From: Balamuthia mandrillaris
Taxonomy: Eukaryota
Assembly: GCA_031835245.2 (NCBI GenBank)
Contig: JAVKOQ020000116.1
Coordinates: 1 to 64,000, forward strand
Direction of reading: 5' to 3'
DNA: 64,000 nucleotides
How positions within the stretch are numbered: position 1 is the first letter of the stretch; the number at the start of each line of letters is the position of its first letter. The notes below the pieces were generated by a model, which ran no database searches, was not told the origin of the DNA, and saw nothing but the letters and a program-made list of their open reading frames with translations. Below, piece after piece: positions 23,470 to 36,114 of the stretch. The position numbers and the translations under genes were made by a program.

Positions 23470-24797
23470 TCAAGAGTTCATCTTTGCGTTTTCTCTTTCT
23501 TTGAAGCGTTGGATCTCTTCCTCGGTGGGAGGCCTCCAAACGGGTCTTGGGAACGGCCATTCTTGTGATTCCTGCCATTGTGCCAGCTGGTTCTCTGTGA
23601 ACGACTTCCAAACTTCATTCTCTGTTTTAAGTTGGTTGTGGGAGCTAAGGATTCGCGAGAACAAGAGGAGAAATAGAAAAAAAATGAGAGGAAAGAGCGT
23701 ACCCGTGGTCAAACTGCGAAGCAACTCATTGTCGGAAGCAGCCTTGATAACTTCTTTTGCTAGTTCAATAAGGTCTCCCGTGTATCCGTTCCTTTGTCCT
23801 TGTTCTTTTTCGCTTTATGTTTTTGAATGTTGGTTAATCGAAAAGCACTGCGTAAACCCATTTTAAAAATAATAAAAGAATATATAAACGAACCATTCGT
23901 CAGAGCACTTGGAGGCAATGCCCATCAACAGATTACATCCTGAAATGACTTCTCTTGTGAGGAGCTCTCTGTTGGCATGAAGCGCGGCCGCTATGAACCG
24001 TCGCACTTGGTGATGCAAGAAGTTGTTCCACTTGTAGTCGATAAACAAATCCTTTGATACAAAATAGACGGTTTCGGACAAAATCAGTGGAAAGCACAGG
24101 AGAAGAGAGAGAGAGCAGAGAGAGCAGAGAGAGCAGAGAGAGCAGAGAGAGCAGAGAGAGCAGAGAGAGCAGAGAGAGCAGAGAGAGCAGAGAGAGCAGA
24201 GAGAGCAGAGTACAGAGTACAGAAGCAGACTAAGAGATGAGGAGAACGAACCAAGGCAGCAGAAATACTTCCAGAATCACGAAGTTTTAAGTCGAACATA
24301 ACAAAGTTTGCCTGGATGATGGAACGCAGTAGCTCCACGATCTTAAGGCGGAACGTGCCAACAGGGTGCACCGGTCCTGCCGTTGTCTGGATAGCCGTTC
24401 CTTTATTCGAAATCAGGATTTGTAGGAACTGATCCATGCGATTATGAAGAGCCTGGAGAAACGGCTCCATGTTCTCCCAAGCAGTGTTAGGATCGTGATT
24501 CGATGTTTCCCATCGCTTCAACATTACGATGAGCATATCTATTCCGGCTGCCATCAAGGAACCCTCCTATTATTGGGAGTATGTTAAGTAAGACCAAAGA
24601 AAAATAACAAGAAGAGGATTAATAAGAGAAAGTGCTACCTCGGAGAGCACGCGATCCAGAAAAGCGATGGCAGATTCGTAAGAAAGAGAAAGGTGGTGGA
24701 GCAGATCTTCGTCACCGATTAACGGGCGGAAGCTTCTGCCATCCAACAAGCGGTTCAGTATCTAAATTTCCAATGTCAGAAAACAAAAGTAAAAACA

Positions 24798-24845
<48 letters not shown>

Positions 24846-27189
24846 AGGGAGAGGGAGAGAGCTAAACATGCATTTGCGCTTCCATAGTGATCAACAATGG
24901 CCTTGATTTCCTCCTCGCTCCACATAGAAGGCATGTCAGGATCTTTCCAGATTACATCTCTCCTTTCCTTTTGTTCTTGTTGTGACTGTTTTTGTTCTTC
25001 TTCATCTCTTTCAATCACTCCCATGAACGCAAGCTCCGCCTTAAGTGAGAGCATGTTGAGAGTAGCGTCAAGATCGTTGAAGGTTGGGTTGACTTGCAAC
25101 GCTTCTGCCAGGGCCAGAAGGCCAGTTTCTCCAATGCTGTTATCCTTCACTTCCAACGATACTAACGTTCTGTTGTCCTCTTTCATGGCTGCAGCGATTG
25201 CCGTTGCGCCTTCATCGTAGAGCATATTTTCGCTCAAAACAAGATAACGAATGGTCTGGTTGTGTCGCAGCGCTTCGGCAAGGTCCATGGCACCACGTCC
25301 GATGTTATTACCGCTGATATCTACCAATAACGGTGAGAAAGCCTGGTCAATAAGAAAACACAAAAACGAAACAACTACGGAGGGAAAAAAAAAAACGGAG
25401 CGGATACCTAAACACTTGATAGAGTTGTTTTCCTTCAAAGCTTCGGCCAAGGCACGGGCGCCTTCATCGCCGATTTCATTCTGCATCAGATTGACATCGG
25501 TGAGACTGGTGTTGGTTTTTAGGCCTTCGGCCAGAGCTATCATTCCTTCCGCTTCCAGTTCGTTCATTTCCAACTGCAACACCGTCAATGTGTCGCTCAT
25601 CATCAATGCGTCCGCCAAGAACGGTGCTCCGTCAATACCTATTCATCTGTGGTTAGGCCTCTACTTTCCCCTTTTTTTGAAAGAAGTAACAAACCGATGC
25701 TGTTCCACTTCAAACTCAACGATATCATCTCGCAGCCGTTCGTTTTGAGAACATCCGAAATGGCACGTGCGCCAACCTCGTGCAAATCATTGGCATCAAG
25801 CACCATCCCCTTCAAACACCGAAGAACAGCGGGATGACTGCCCCGTACTGCCTCCATGAAAGAGGCTACGCTCTCATCTCCCAGACCCAAGGCCGAGAGG
25901 TTGATGTTCTCGACTGCTCTGCTGCCTTCTTTGTCTTGAAAGACGGCGAGGTAACCTTCCAGATCATCCGGATCGTCTCGGAGGATCATTGGGCCTTCAT
26001 CTGGTTTCTGCTCTTGCTCTTTTCTGTCTTCTTCTTTCTTCAGCTCCGTCTCGCTTTGTATTGTTCCTTCTGGGGACGCTTCGAGTTTCTCTTTCAACTT
26101 TTGCGTTTCTGTATCTTCTGCAGTTGCTGTTTCCTCTGCCTCGTTTCTCTGTTGTTGCTGCTTTTGAAGTTGTTGCCATTGAAGTTGGTCATCCCTTTCT
26201 TGGAGGAGAATATCCTTGGTGAGTCGCTGCCTTTCTGAACGTTGGGTGGCTTCCGCTTTTCTCTTTACCTCATCGTCGGAGGCCTGCGCCAATATCTGCA
26301 GCTTCTTCTTTCGAAGCAGCGCCCATTTGCTCGTAGGCTGCTCCTCCTGCGCTTTTGCTCCTTCATCCTCTTCTACCTCTTGGACTTCGATAATGTTCTT
26401 GACGCCTGCCCATGACTGCCACGAAGCGATCAACGGGCGCAGGTCTGCTCGTCGCAAAAGGAGCATAAGAACACATTGAAAGAAGAAACAAGGAGCACAT
26501 GGACCAAAGGATAGAAATAAAAAGAGCACAACTGCACACAAACACTAACTATAACATAAACATAAACATAAGCAGAACAAAAGAGAACAAGAAAAACAGC
26601 GTCGCCTCACAAAAAACAAGAGAAAAAAGCAAAACGAACCCTCCACGGTCATAGCCTTCTTTTTAAGCCGCATGGTGCGGTAGGTCTGCTGTTTGGCGAT
26701 GGTGAACTGCTTCAGCTCGTTGGCGGAGGGCATCTCGTTGACCTCCGAGTAGGTCGCCTGCTGTAGAACGTCTATGGAGCTTCGCCGCGGCGAGCTCCTC
26801 GGCGAGCTCAACGGAGAGAGAGAGGGCCTCTGCAACGCGTTAGCCAGGCTTCCCAAAGACAACTGCGGCACCGGCGAACCCGAAGAAGCCGGAACAGTAG
26901 CAACAGTGGTGGTGGTGGTGGTGGTAGGAGCCAACCTGGAAGTAACGGGGGAGGAAGGAACGGAGGAGGCAGGAGTGGCGCCGCTGCCCGCTTTCTTCCA
27001 GGTGGGCTTCATGACGTCCCAGTTCATGGTGCGAATGGCGTCCCTCTCCAGGGCGGGGAAGAACTTGAACACGGGCAGCGTCGCGCGTCGCGGCTGAGAG
27101 GGGGAGCCATGTTGGGAGCCCCCCGAGGTCGTCGTCGCTTTCTTCTTTTGCTGCTCTTTTTGGAGCAGGTCCACCACCGCCTGTTCCAT
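23470..27189 (-). CDS. RNI-like leucine-rich-repeat protein with C-terminal partial SAPS (PP6 regulatory subunit) domain
   Basis: Repeats such as LTDVNLMQNEIGDEGARALAEALKEN. SAPS-like G.FRLKIVEL, DLFIDYKWNNFLHHQV and GYTGDLIELA. The junction at 24630-24870 is ambiguous. Confidence 0.7.
24110..24209. repeat. (AGAGAGAGC)n 9-bp minisatellite in an intron
   Basis: About 11 tandem copies, read directly. Confidence 0.9.
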
Positions 27190-27944
27190 TCTGCTTGCCC
27201 CACGCCGCTGTTATTCCTCTCTGTTATTTTATAAAGATTTATAAAAGTGGCGAATTACATCGCTCTCACGTCCTCTCTCTTGTCCATAAAACTCGTGTCG
27301 TCCTGACAAAACAAGCGAAAGAAGAAAGAGAGCTGCCAAAGTTTCATCATGGTTTTGTGCAATGCTCACCTTTTGCAGCAACGACGATAAGCCGGCGTTC
27401 AGCTGCTGAAGTAGTTCAACATGGAGTCAGGGGTGAACTTTGCCAAGACTACTCTTGAGATGCAACGAGCCCTTGGGCGATTACAATTGCTTCATCATCT
27501 TCAGCGTGCTTGTTTGAACAAAAAAAGAGTTGATGCTAATTGACAATGAACAGCCACCCTACGGGGTGCTCCCGGCAAAACAATTACGTATGCACCAGGA
27601 AACGGTGCAGCACCAACTCCGGCTGCCAATCGCATGTTTATGGCAGCAGTCAAAGAGAGGCCATGCTGCCATACATAGGCATTTCCCCTATCATTTCACC
27701 CAGCGGTAATTTCGCTGGTCATTTGCATCGGCTGAATTCCCATTTTAACGTTTCATTCATAGTTATTTGTTGCTAACTGCTCCCCCTTCTTTTCCCTTGT
27801 CGTTCTTTGCCCCTTTTGTTTTTCAGGGTCCACACACTAGTTGACACACACCCAAAACTTCGCTCTGCTGGATTACCGCGTTACCCGCACATATTAATTA
27901 GGTTGGAACAATTTTGCTGCGATCTGTCTCCAAGGAGAACGAAG

Positions 27945-30482
27945 ATGATGATCACGCATGCCGCTCGAGCTTTACTCCTCGGGGTCGCCCTGCTGTTGGC
28001 CTTGGGATTCCCATCCGGGGGCTCATCTGCTCTCTGCACCTCTGGCGGACAGGTGGACTGCGAAGCTCCGGCGGGCTACCCTATACCAGGAGCAATGAAA
28101 CTTTTCCTGGAAGCCACTCCGGCTGCCAATGTCTTGGACAACAACCTGGACACCATCCCAAGGTTCCTTTACACTCATAATTACAGCCAGGAGGCCATCG
28201 ACGCGGCTTCTCAGCTCATGCTCAACAAGCTGCAGCTGCTGATCGACCGGAATGCAGATGACGGCTACGGCGCTGCCAACCACGCTCACGCCTTCACCTC
28301 CATCTCTGTCGGCCTCAACATGATGGCCTATGGAGAGCTCTGGCCCCAGTCCGTGTGGCAGCTCTTCAAAAGCGAGGACTACCAGGCCGCCATGCGCGTC
28401 GGCCATGACTACTACCTCAAATGGGGTCAATGGTTCGACAACTCCAAGGCCAGCTTGGTGGCGGCCTTGCTGCTAATCGGAGAGGCCAGCGAGAACGAGG
28501 AGACCATGGCATTGGCCAAGGGATGGTTGGAGGACATGGCCTACACATGGGTCTACCGGCGTGGCATTAAGGAATATAATACCAACCAGTACTACGTCTT
28601 TGGGCTGTCGGCCATAGAGTCTGTGTTTTACTTTACGGAGGACGCGGAGGTCAAGGAGACCGTGCGCATGCTGCTGCAGTACCAATGGTCCACCATGGCT
28701 GGCAGCTACTGGCCTCCTGTACCAGCCAAGATGAGTGGACCAAACAGCCGGAGCTATCGATGGAAGTTGGCCGACGGAGCTCCAGTGGCCTACTTTACTT
28801 ACTTCCAGTTTCCAGAGACTCGACCAGGAAATGCTATTGGCGAGGTGACCTCTGGCAACCTGCTCTACGCTGCTCAAAGCGCCTACCCCCGATACTTTTA
28901 CCCCAGGATACTGGACGAGAACTCCTATCTCTCCGATAAGTTCTTCTTCCCCACTGAAGAGTTGAAGCTCAGCCAGCTCCCCTATCGTGTGGTGCGGCAG
29001 CGTTTCGACCCTGTGAATGGAGCAGAGCTGTACTCCTTGTTCACTCCCAGTTTCTCCTTGGCCTGTTCCACCTTAGTAGGCGGCCAGCAACAAACCTTTC
29101 CAGTGGTCTACGACCTTCCGGCCAACCCAGAAGATAACCCACAGAAATCCCCCTACGGATGGAGAGCCAAGTACCGAATAATGAGCTGGTACCGGGAGTC
29201 TCCCTTCCTGGGTCGAGAGGAGCCCTATGGCTATTTCTGGTATGACTACTATGATGGCACTTGCGTCCAAGATCTGGGCACTCAGCTCAACGTTCGTCGC
29301 ACCTACCCTCCTGGTGTGCTGTCTTGTGAATCAGGCGTGCAGTGCAACAAGAAGCTGAGCTCGGCCACCTTCATCTGGCTTCCGCTGGATGCAGACTCCA
29401 TCACCATCAACGGGCAGGAGGTGGACTTGTCCGCCCAGTACCTCCGCTTGGCCTTGCCTGAGAACTCAGTCATTGCCTTCAGAAAGGGCCGCGCGGCCTT
29501 CGCCTGGAGAGTCCTTTATTCAGAGCAAATGCCGGAGGCTATGATCAAGACCTTTGTGCCAGATGAAGGAGAGCCGTTCAAAGTGCTTGAAGTGGACCAG
29601 GACACCCCGCTGCCTGGCAAGAACCGCGAGCAAGCTTATACCTTGATGTACGTCGCCGACCCAGAAGGACGCAAACAGGGAGTATCCGCCATATGGATCC
29701 CACACAAGTTGGAAGGCGACTTGTCTACCGACCAATACGACGTCACCATCTTAACTCAGGCAGCTGAGCTGGATGAGGATGACCTGGAGGGATCCTTTGC
29801 TCTCCTCCAGGAGCGCATGAAGAATGCAGAGCACACCAGAACGGTGACGTACGACCAAGGCAGTCGCATGCGCTCCGATGTTCCCACCTACTCTGAAACC
29901 TACGAGGTCATTGCCACCACAGTGCACTTCCCAGACACCGACCAGAAGGTGGAGCTGACATGGGTGACCTGTCCCACTGCTTACTGCTACCAAGCCCCCT
30001 ACGTTGCTGCTATCAACGGGGAGGCCTGGCTGCAGTGGAACAACACCGGGGACCTTTTGAGCGGTGAGAGCGGGGATGCCTTGACCAGGAATTTGTTGCA
30101 ACAGGGCGAAGAGGACAGCAACGGAGTGGTTGACGGTGAGCAGAACGCCTACGAGGATGCCATGCTGGTGTACAACCTGGAGTGCAATGATGCCGTTTCG
30201 TTGTTGGGGGTGGAAGGAACGGGAGGCGTGGGAACGGGCCTGGATGGCATCGAACCCCTTCGCCCATTCTTGCCGTTGAAGGACCAACCCACAACCCCCT
30301 ATTCTTGCGGCAAGGAGGGCAGCGATGATGGCACAGGCGAGTCCTCCTCTCTTGGCTCTTCCTCTTCTGATTCTGACCCTAATGGTTCTGAAGATGGCGG
30401 CGATGGGGACGGCTCTGACGGAGGAGGCTCCTCTGCAGCTAGGTTAACTGCTGCGTTACCAGCTGTGCTGCTCCATGTTTGA
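27945..30482 (+). CDS. Secreted, probably GPI-anchored protein; possible heparinase II/III-like (polysaccharide lyase-like) fold
   Basis: Signal peptide from ATG 27945 and about 845 codons with no intron. Ser/Gly/Asp linker then a hydrophobic tail; an optional intron 30443-30500 gives the tail SGSLVAVLASCILIV ending about 30546. Motifs GIKEYNT..Y and SGPNSRSY. Confidence 0.7.
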   Translation: MMITHAARALLLGVALLLALGFPSGGSSALCTSGGQVDCEAPAGYPIPGAMKLFLEATPAANVLDNNLDTIPRFLYTHNYSQEAIDAASQLMLNKLQLLIDRNADDGYGAANHAHAFTSISVGLNMMAYGELWPQSVWQLFKSEDYQAAMRVGHDYYLKWGQWFDNSKASLVAALLLIGEASENEETMALAKGWLEDMAYTWVYRRGIKEYNTNQYYVFGLSAIESVFYFTEDAEVKETVRMLLQYQWSTMAGSYWPPVPAKMSGPNSRSYRWKLADGAPVAYFTYFQFPETRPGNAIGEVTSGNLLYAAQSAYPRYFYPRILDENSYLSDKFFFPTEELKLSQLPYRVVRQRFDPVNGAELYSLFTPSFSLACSTLVGGQQQTFPVVYDLPANPEDNPQKSPYGWRAKYRIMSWYRESPFLGREEPYGYFWYDYYDGTCVQDLGTQLNVRRTYPPGVLSCESGVQCNKKLSSATFIWLPLDADSITINGQEVDLSAQYLRLALPENSVIAFRKGRAAFAWRVLYSEQMPEAMIKTFVPDEGEPFKVLEVDQDTPLPGKNREQAYTLMYVADPEGRKQGVSAIWIPHKLEGDLSTDQYDVTILTQAAELDEDDLEGSFALLQERMKNAEHTRTVTYDQGSRMRSDVPTYSETYEVIATTVHFPDTDQKVELTWVTCPTAYCYQAPYVAAINGEAWLQWNNTGDLLSGESGDALTRNLLQQGEEDSNGVVDGEQNAYEDAMLVYNLECNDAVSLLGVEGTGGVGTGLDGIEPLRPFLPLKDQPTTPYSCGKEGSDDGTGESSSLGSSSSDSDPNGSEDGGDGDGSDGGGSSAARLTAALPAVLLHV

Positions 30483-30676
30483 TGCTCCCCGCCCTCCCAG
30501 CGGTTCTCTGGTTGCTGTTCTTGCTTCTTGTATATTGATAGTTTGAACTATTTCTTACTCAAATAATAAAATACCCACCTACCACAACAGGAAAGAGAGA
30601 GAGAGGGAGAGAGAGAGAGAGAGAGAGAGAGCGAGTGAGGATAGCGAGAAAAGAGAGAGAGAGGGAGAGAGAGGGG

Positions 30677-30722
<46 letters not shown>

Positions 30723-30748
30723 GGAGTGTGTCTTTAAAATATTGGCTA

Positions 30749-31058
30749 TAGCGGTAACAGTTACGCTTAACCGCTAGGTATTTTTAGTAGATTACATCTT
30801 CGTAGTAACGAATCCTCGACTTGGGCGAAAGCCGAGGTGCGGTGGAGTGAAAGAACGGAGGCGACCTTCACGCTTGAAGACGTTCATACTCCTAACCACG
30901 TCTGGAGGGCGCGGCGCTGGAAGCTGGGACATGTCGACGACACACAGTAGGACGGTCTGCTGTACCAACACGAGAGAAGCGAGTTGGGTACGGGAGTGCG
31001 ACCTCTCTGACTCCCACGGAGCCGCCGCTAAGTACTCAACGTTCCTCTCGCACGAAGG
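30749..31058 (+). ncRNA. Highly structured non-coding RNA candidate, class unassigned
   Basis: Nested helices: cttcgt 30798/acgaag 31052; GAAA-loop hairpin 30820-30836; ggagtg/tactcc, gaacg/cgttc and cttca/tgaag; acagtag/ctgctgt; cgagag/ctctcg, gttgggtac/gtactcaac and gggagt/actccc. G-U pairs and the GNRA loop favour the + strand. Confidence 0.5.
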
Positions 31059-31206
31059 AGAGAGTAAGAGTAAGAGAAGGAGAAAGAAGAGGGACGAAAG
31101 AGAGATCGCTCAGGAAGGAAGCAACATAAAAAAAGAAGAGGGGTAGGTGTACAAAAAAAGTCTTTCTTCTATTTTAACAACAAAAAATAAAGGATAAATA
31201 AAGTGT

Positions 31207-31797
31207 TTAGAAAAGAGAGCATCCCCTCTTCTTCTCCTTGGACTTGGTCACAGGAGGGTTGAGCACCGTCCGGATGGCCTCGTCAAAGACAGCCTTGAGT
31301 CCAATTTGTGTCAAAGCGGAGCACTCCAGGTATTTGGCGGCTCCGATTTCCTTCCTCATCTGCTCGGCCTGGGTGGGGGTGATAGGGGCCATCCTCTTGT
31401 CGGCCAGCCTCTCCAAAGTGTCCTTGTCGTCCCTCAAATCGACCTTGGTGCCGACGAGCAGCTTGGGGGTAGTGGGGCAGTGGTGGGTGATCTCGGGGTT
31501 CCACTTGGCGCGCACGTTCTCAAAGGAGGGCGGGGAGACGATGGAGAAGCAGAGCAAAAAGATGTCCGTCTGGGGGTAGGACAGAGGCCGCAGCCTGTCG
31601 TAGTCCTCCTGACCGGCCGTGTCCCAGAGGCCCAGGTTGATGGCCTTGTTGTCCACCATGACGTTGGCCGAGTAGTTGTCAAAGACGGTGGGGATGTACT
31701 CTCCGGGGAAGGCGTTGGTGGTGTAGGAGATGAGGAGGCAGGTCTTGCCGACGGCGCCGTCGCCGACCACCACGCACTTGATCGCTTGCATAGCCAT
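31207..31797 (-). CDS. RAC1: Rac-family small GTPase, intronless
   Basis: [53 protein letters not shown], polybasic tail plus CAAX (CSLF). Confidence 0.97.
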   Translation of the reverse strand: MAMQAIKCVVVGDGAVGKTCLLISYTTNAFPGEYIPTVFDNYSANVMVDNKAINLGLWDTAGQEDYDRLRPLSYPQTDIFLLCFSIVSPPSFENVRAKWNPEITHHCPTTPKLLVGTKVDLRDDKDTLERLADKRMAPITPTQAEQMRKEIGAAKYLECSALTQIGLKAVFDEAIRTVLNPPVTKSKEKKRGCSLF

Positions 31798-32155
31798 TGT
31801 TTTGTCGAGTAGCTAATGTGTAGCACGGTAGGAGTTCGTTTGCTGTGTTTTGCTGTGTTTGTGTGATTTGAAAAATAGAAAGAAACAGACACAAAATAAC
31901 GGACATTTATCTGGTTTCCGTAAATGAGCCTGAGAAGCTCAAAAATGGTGCGTTCTATTTTTTCCGTTTCCTTTTTCCCGCCTTATTCTTTGAAAACATA
32001 TTCTTTTTCAAGTAACATTACTCGAAAATGATCTTGTTCCGATAAATGCATACTGTTGTCATGGTTACTTAATGATCTACTGATCTGAGCAACATTTTTT
32101 CCAATTATTGGAAAAAATTATCTAAAAAATCAGACAATAATTTTTGTTTGCGGGA

Positions 32156-32501
32156 ATGGAAGGACAGGAATGGCGGCTAGGCGGCGCTATAGTGCTCGCC
32201 AGGCATGGAGCTCGAGGGCCAACGCGAGGCGCGCTGAAGCCCTTCCTCGCGCGCAACGACGGTGATGACTCGATCCCCGCTACCGCCTCCCCCGTCGTCA
32301 CCCAGTGGCGCGAGGAGGAGATCGAGACCTTGTCGCCCACCGGCCGGCAGCAGATGAGCAGCTTGGGCCGGTGGTTTCACCAACGCTACGCGGACTCCCT
32401 GTTTGGCTCGCGTGGGGAGCGCCCTACGCTTATTTGGCGCTCCAGCGTTTCCGCTCGCACTGTTGAAAGCGGGGGTGACTTTTGGAAGGGTTTTCGTGAA
32501 G

Positions 32502-32552
<51 letters not shown>

Positions 32553-33215
32553 CGTTTCTTCTCTTCCTTTCTTCTCACTCAGTTTCTCTTTTCATTTTTA
32601 AACTGTTAGTAGTGTTGCCGGCGTTGTCGGAGCATGTTCCAAAGGAGCCTCAACCCTACTCCTCGGAAGCCGAGACAGAGTCCCGTTTCAGGGCGTACCT
32701 CCAGAACTCGGCTTTCGCTGCTTTCGTGGAAGAACTGCGGCGAGGCCCTATCTTTGCGGCAAAGGCGCAACAGGAGCTCTCCTTCCTGACCGAACTGGAG
32801 GTGCGTTATTGTGGTGCTACAGCGGCGGCGGCCACAACGGAAACACCAACTGGGCAAGCGATGGCGATGGCAAAGAAAATGAGCGATATCACCTATTACA
32901 AGGAACTCATAGAGTGCGAACTGTACAGCATTGTTGGTAATGAGGAAAATAAGGTATTCTTTCATTCTTCTTCATTCTTCTTCTTTCGTTTATCTTCTTT
33001 TTTCTCACTCTCTTACTGTCACTCTCTCTCTCTCTCTCTCTCTGCATTCAAAGGAGATGCAACGCAGAGCATTGTTAGAAAAGTTGAGCGAAGAAGACAT
33101 ACAGAAGATAGACGAGTTGTCCCATTGGGCTTGGAATCAACGCTTCTTCTCTGAATACCAACGATGGGGTCCTCTCATCGGTAAGTCATAGTGGAGACCA
33201 CGCGAGCGAGCGAGC

Positions 33216-33267
<52 letters not shown>

Positions 33268-33976
33268 AGAGAGAGAAAGAAGAGAAGCGACGAAGAGGAG
33301 AGAGAGAGAGAGTGAGTGAGAGTGAGTGAGAGAGAGAGAGAGAGATACAAAACAATTCTAACATTACAAAAAAGGAGGCAAGCTATTGCAAGAGCTGGTG
33401 GAGCTGTGGGAGAGCATGTCATCAACATCACGACCCTTCTTCGGGCTGTACAGCGGCCATGACTACACGATCATGTCCCTTCTCGCTTCTCTGGGTTTTG
33501 ACTGCTATCCCCGCCCTCTCCTCAGTTTTGGTTCCTTCTTGTTGTTTGAGGTCTATCGCTCCACGTACGTTCCTTCTTTGTTCTCATTAGCATTCCAGTT
33601 CAATTCCTGTTCTCTCCCCTTCAAAGGCTCCTTCCTCACTTCTCTTTGTGTTCTGTTCTCTCAAAGCAGATCAAGGCCAGGCGAGGATGTACGCATCAAG
33701 ATCAGCCTCAACGCAATGCCGTTTGCCGATGCAAAAGGCCGTCCCTCCGCTAACGTGCAGGATTGGAGCTTGCGGCCGCTTCCTCCCACCCCCTTCTTCC
33801 AACGGCACGCCGCCCACAGCAGCACTTTAAACCAACAGAAAGCTGAAACAGAACAACAACAACAACAACAACATCAAACACAAGAAGAAGAAGGAGAAGA
33901 GCAAGAACAACCGTGGGGATGGCCGCTATCCGCCATGCAAAGGTATCTTGTGGAGCAATATAGGCGAATCTCGTAG
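32156..33976 (+). CDS. Histidine phosphatase (branch 2), no signal peptide
   Basis: ARHGARGP, LSPTGRQQM..LG, RSS..RTVES and YSGHDYTI motifs; spliced. Confidence 0.85.
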
Positions 33977-34436
33977 GGTTCCTATCTCTCGTAGGATGAA
34001 CAAAACCGTTCATCTCGTATATCGTGTCGTCGCGTGAAATTCACAGAAAATCCAATCAACGCGCAAGTTCGACGCGCGAGGACAACACCCTTGCAAAAAA
34101 AATAAAAAGAAAGAGAAACAGGTCACTGCGAGCGGCAGCAGCAGCGAGCCGCTGGAACCAAAAAAAAAAAACATAATCTGGGAGCGGAGAAGGCAGAGCA
34201 CAGTCCCTTACTTTGAAGTAAGAAGTTCCCTCCCTTTTCTTTTCTGTTTTCGTTTTCTTCTTCTTTTTTGAAAGTGAAGAATCGGATTCGATTCGATTCG
34301 ATTCGATTGGCTCTGGCTTTATTTTCGCATTTTTGTTCAATCGGATTAATTCATCAAAAAAACAAACAAAAAGGCTCTACGGATTTGAACGACCAACTGA
34401 TTTTTTTTTTTTTTTTTTGCTGAACCAGAACACACG

Positions 34437-36076
34437 ATGAGACAACGAACGGCCGGGACAAAGAAAGGCGGTGCTGAGGCCTCCAAGAAGGGCTCCACTG
34501 CGACACAGCCGGACGCTGCGAAGAAAAAGAAGGCCCCAGCGGCCCCGCAAGGAACCGATGCCGGCACCCTCGCCTCCAAAGTGCTCAAGAGGACCATCTT
34601 TGGTGCTCTCCTCGTCTTCATGTTCGCTTTCCTCCTCTACCTGGGCCACTTTTGGGTCTCTTTGTTGGTGGTCCTCATCCAGACGTTGGTCTTTCGCGAG
34701 GTGGTCTCCCTGCGCTACAAGCAGAGCCAAGCCGTGGAGGAGGAGAAAGGCAAAAAGCTGCTGCCCCTCTTTCGCACCATCAACTATTACTTCCTGCTGA
34801 CCAGCTATTTTTGGATCTATGGAGAGCCCCTCCTTGACCTTATAGCCGTGCGATACACCGAATATGCGTTCCTTGCGCACTACCACCTTTGGCTCTCCTT
34901 CTCCCTTTACGTTATCGGTTTGCAGTCTCCCTCTCTCTCTCTCTCTCTCTCCTCCTCCTCCTCCTCCTCCTCCTCCTCCTCCTCCTCTCTCCCTCTTCCC
35001 TCTTGTTTTCCATTTCATCCTCTGTACTGCGTTCTTTCTAGTGGTTCACTGCTATCTCACCAAAGAGAGCACACACTGACTTTATGTTACAAATAGGGTT
35101 CGTTGGATTCGTGCTCAGCTTGAAAAAAGGATATTTCTTCTTCCAGTTCCAACAGTTTGCTTGGACATTGATGACCCTTGTAACATTCTCTCTTACCATC
35201 TATTCCTTGCTTCTCTTTGTAATGACACGCTCTATCCGTTTGTCAAAAGGGCCTTGTTGTGGTTCAATCCTCCGTTATCATCAACAACATTTACGAAGGT
35301 CTATTCTGGTTGCTGTTGCCTCACTCGTTGATCATATGCAATGATATAATGGCATACTTCTGCGGCCTCGCTTTGGGCCGTCGCTTCATTAAGAAAAAGC
35401 TCACCAAGCTTTCTCCCAACAAAACTTGGGAAGGCTTCATTGGTGCTGCCATTTTCACCTTGCTCTTTGCCTTCTATGTAAGCGCTCTCTCTCACTCCTT
35501 ATTTACAAACCGTTTCTTTATCATTGTTGAATGCTCATCATTTGCATTTTTAAAAAACAACAAACTTTCACACAGTTCTCTGGTTTGTTGTCTCAGTACA
35601 ACTACTTCATTTGCCCGAAGGTCGATCTGGGCATCAACACTCCGAGTAACCTGGAGTGCACCCCCGACGAAGTGTTCTTGCCTCACTCCTACGTTCTGCC
35701 TCCCGCTCTTAGTTCCTTCCTTCGCAATAGCGTACGTTCTCTTTCTTTCTTCTCTTATATGTCAAATCGAGTTTGCTGACTTAATGAAATTCAGTTTGGA
35801 GTGGAGCGGACTCAATTTACGGTGCTTCCAATCCAACTTCATTCTATTCTATTTGCGCTCTTTGCTTCTATCATTGCTCCATTTGGTGGTTTCTTTGCCA
35901 GCGGCCTGAAGCGCGCCTTTTCCATCAAGGTATGTGGCCTTTTTCTTCTTTCTCACTCTGCTCGTCGCCCTAACGTAGTATCTTCTCGCTTTTTTACTTT
36001 TGGTAGGACTTTGACAGTATCATCCCAGGCCATGGTGGTGTCACCGATAGGTACTTATTGCTTACTTGTTCTGTTA

Positions 36077-36114
<38 letters not shown>

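Noticed and set aside
25320..25407. Minus-strand donor GTATCCGC as a U12-type intron
   Set aside because: Lacks the full RTATCCTT consensus and a clear TCCTTAAC branch site.
27195..27800. Short ORFs upstream of the GPI-anchored protein
   Set aside because: No motif or consistent splice model; treated as intergenic.
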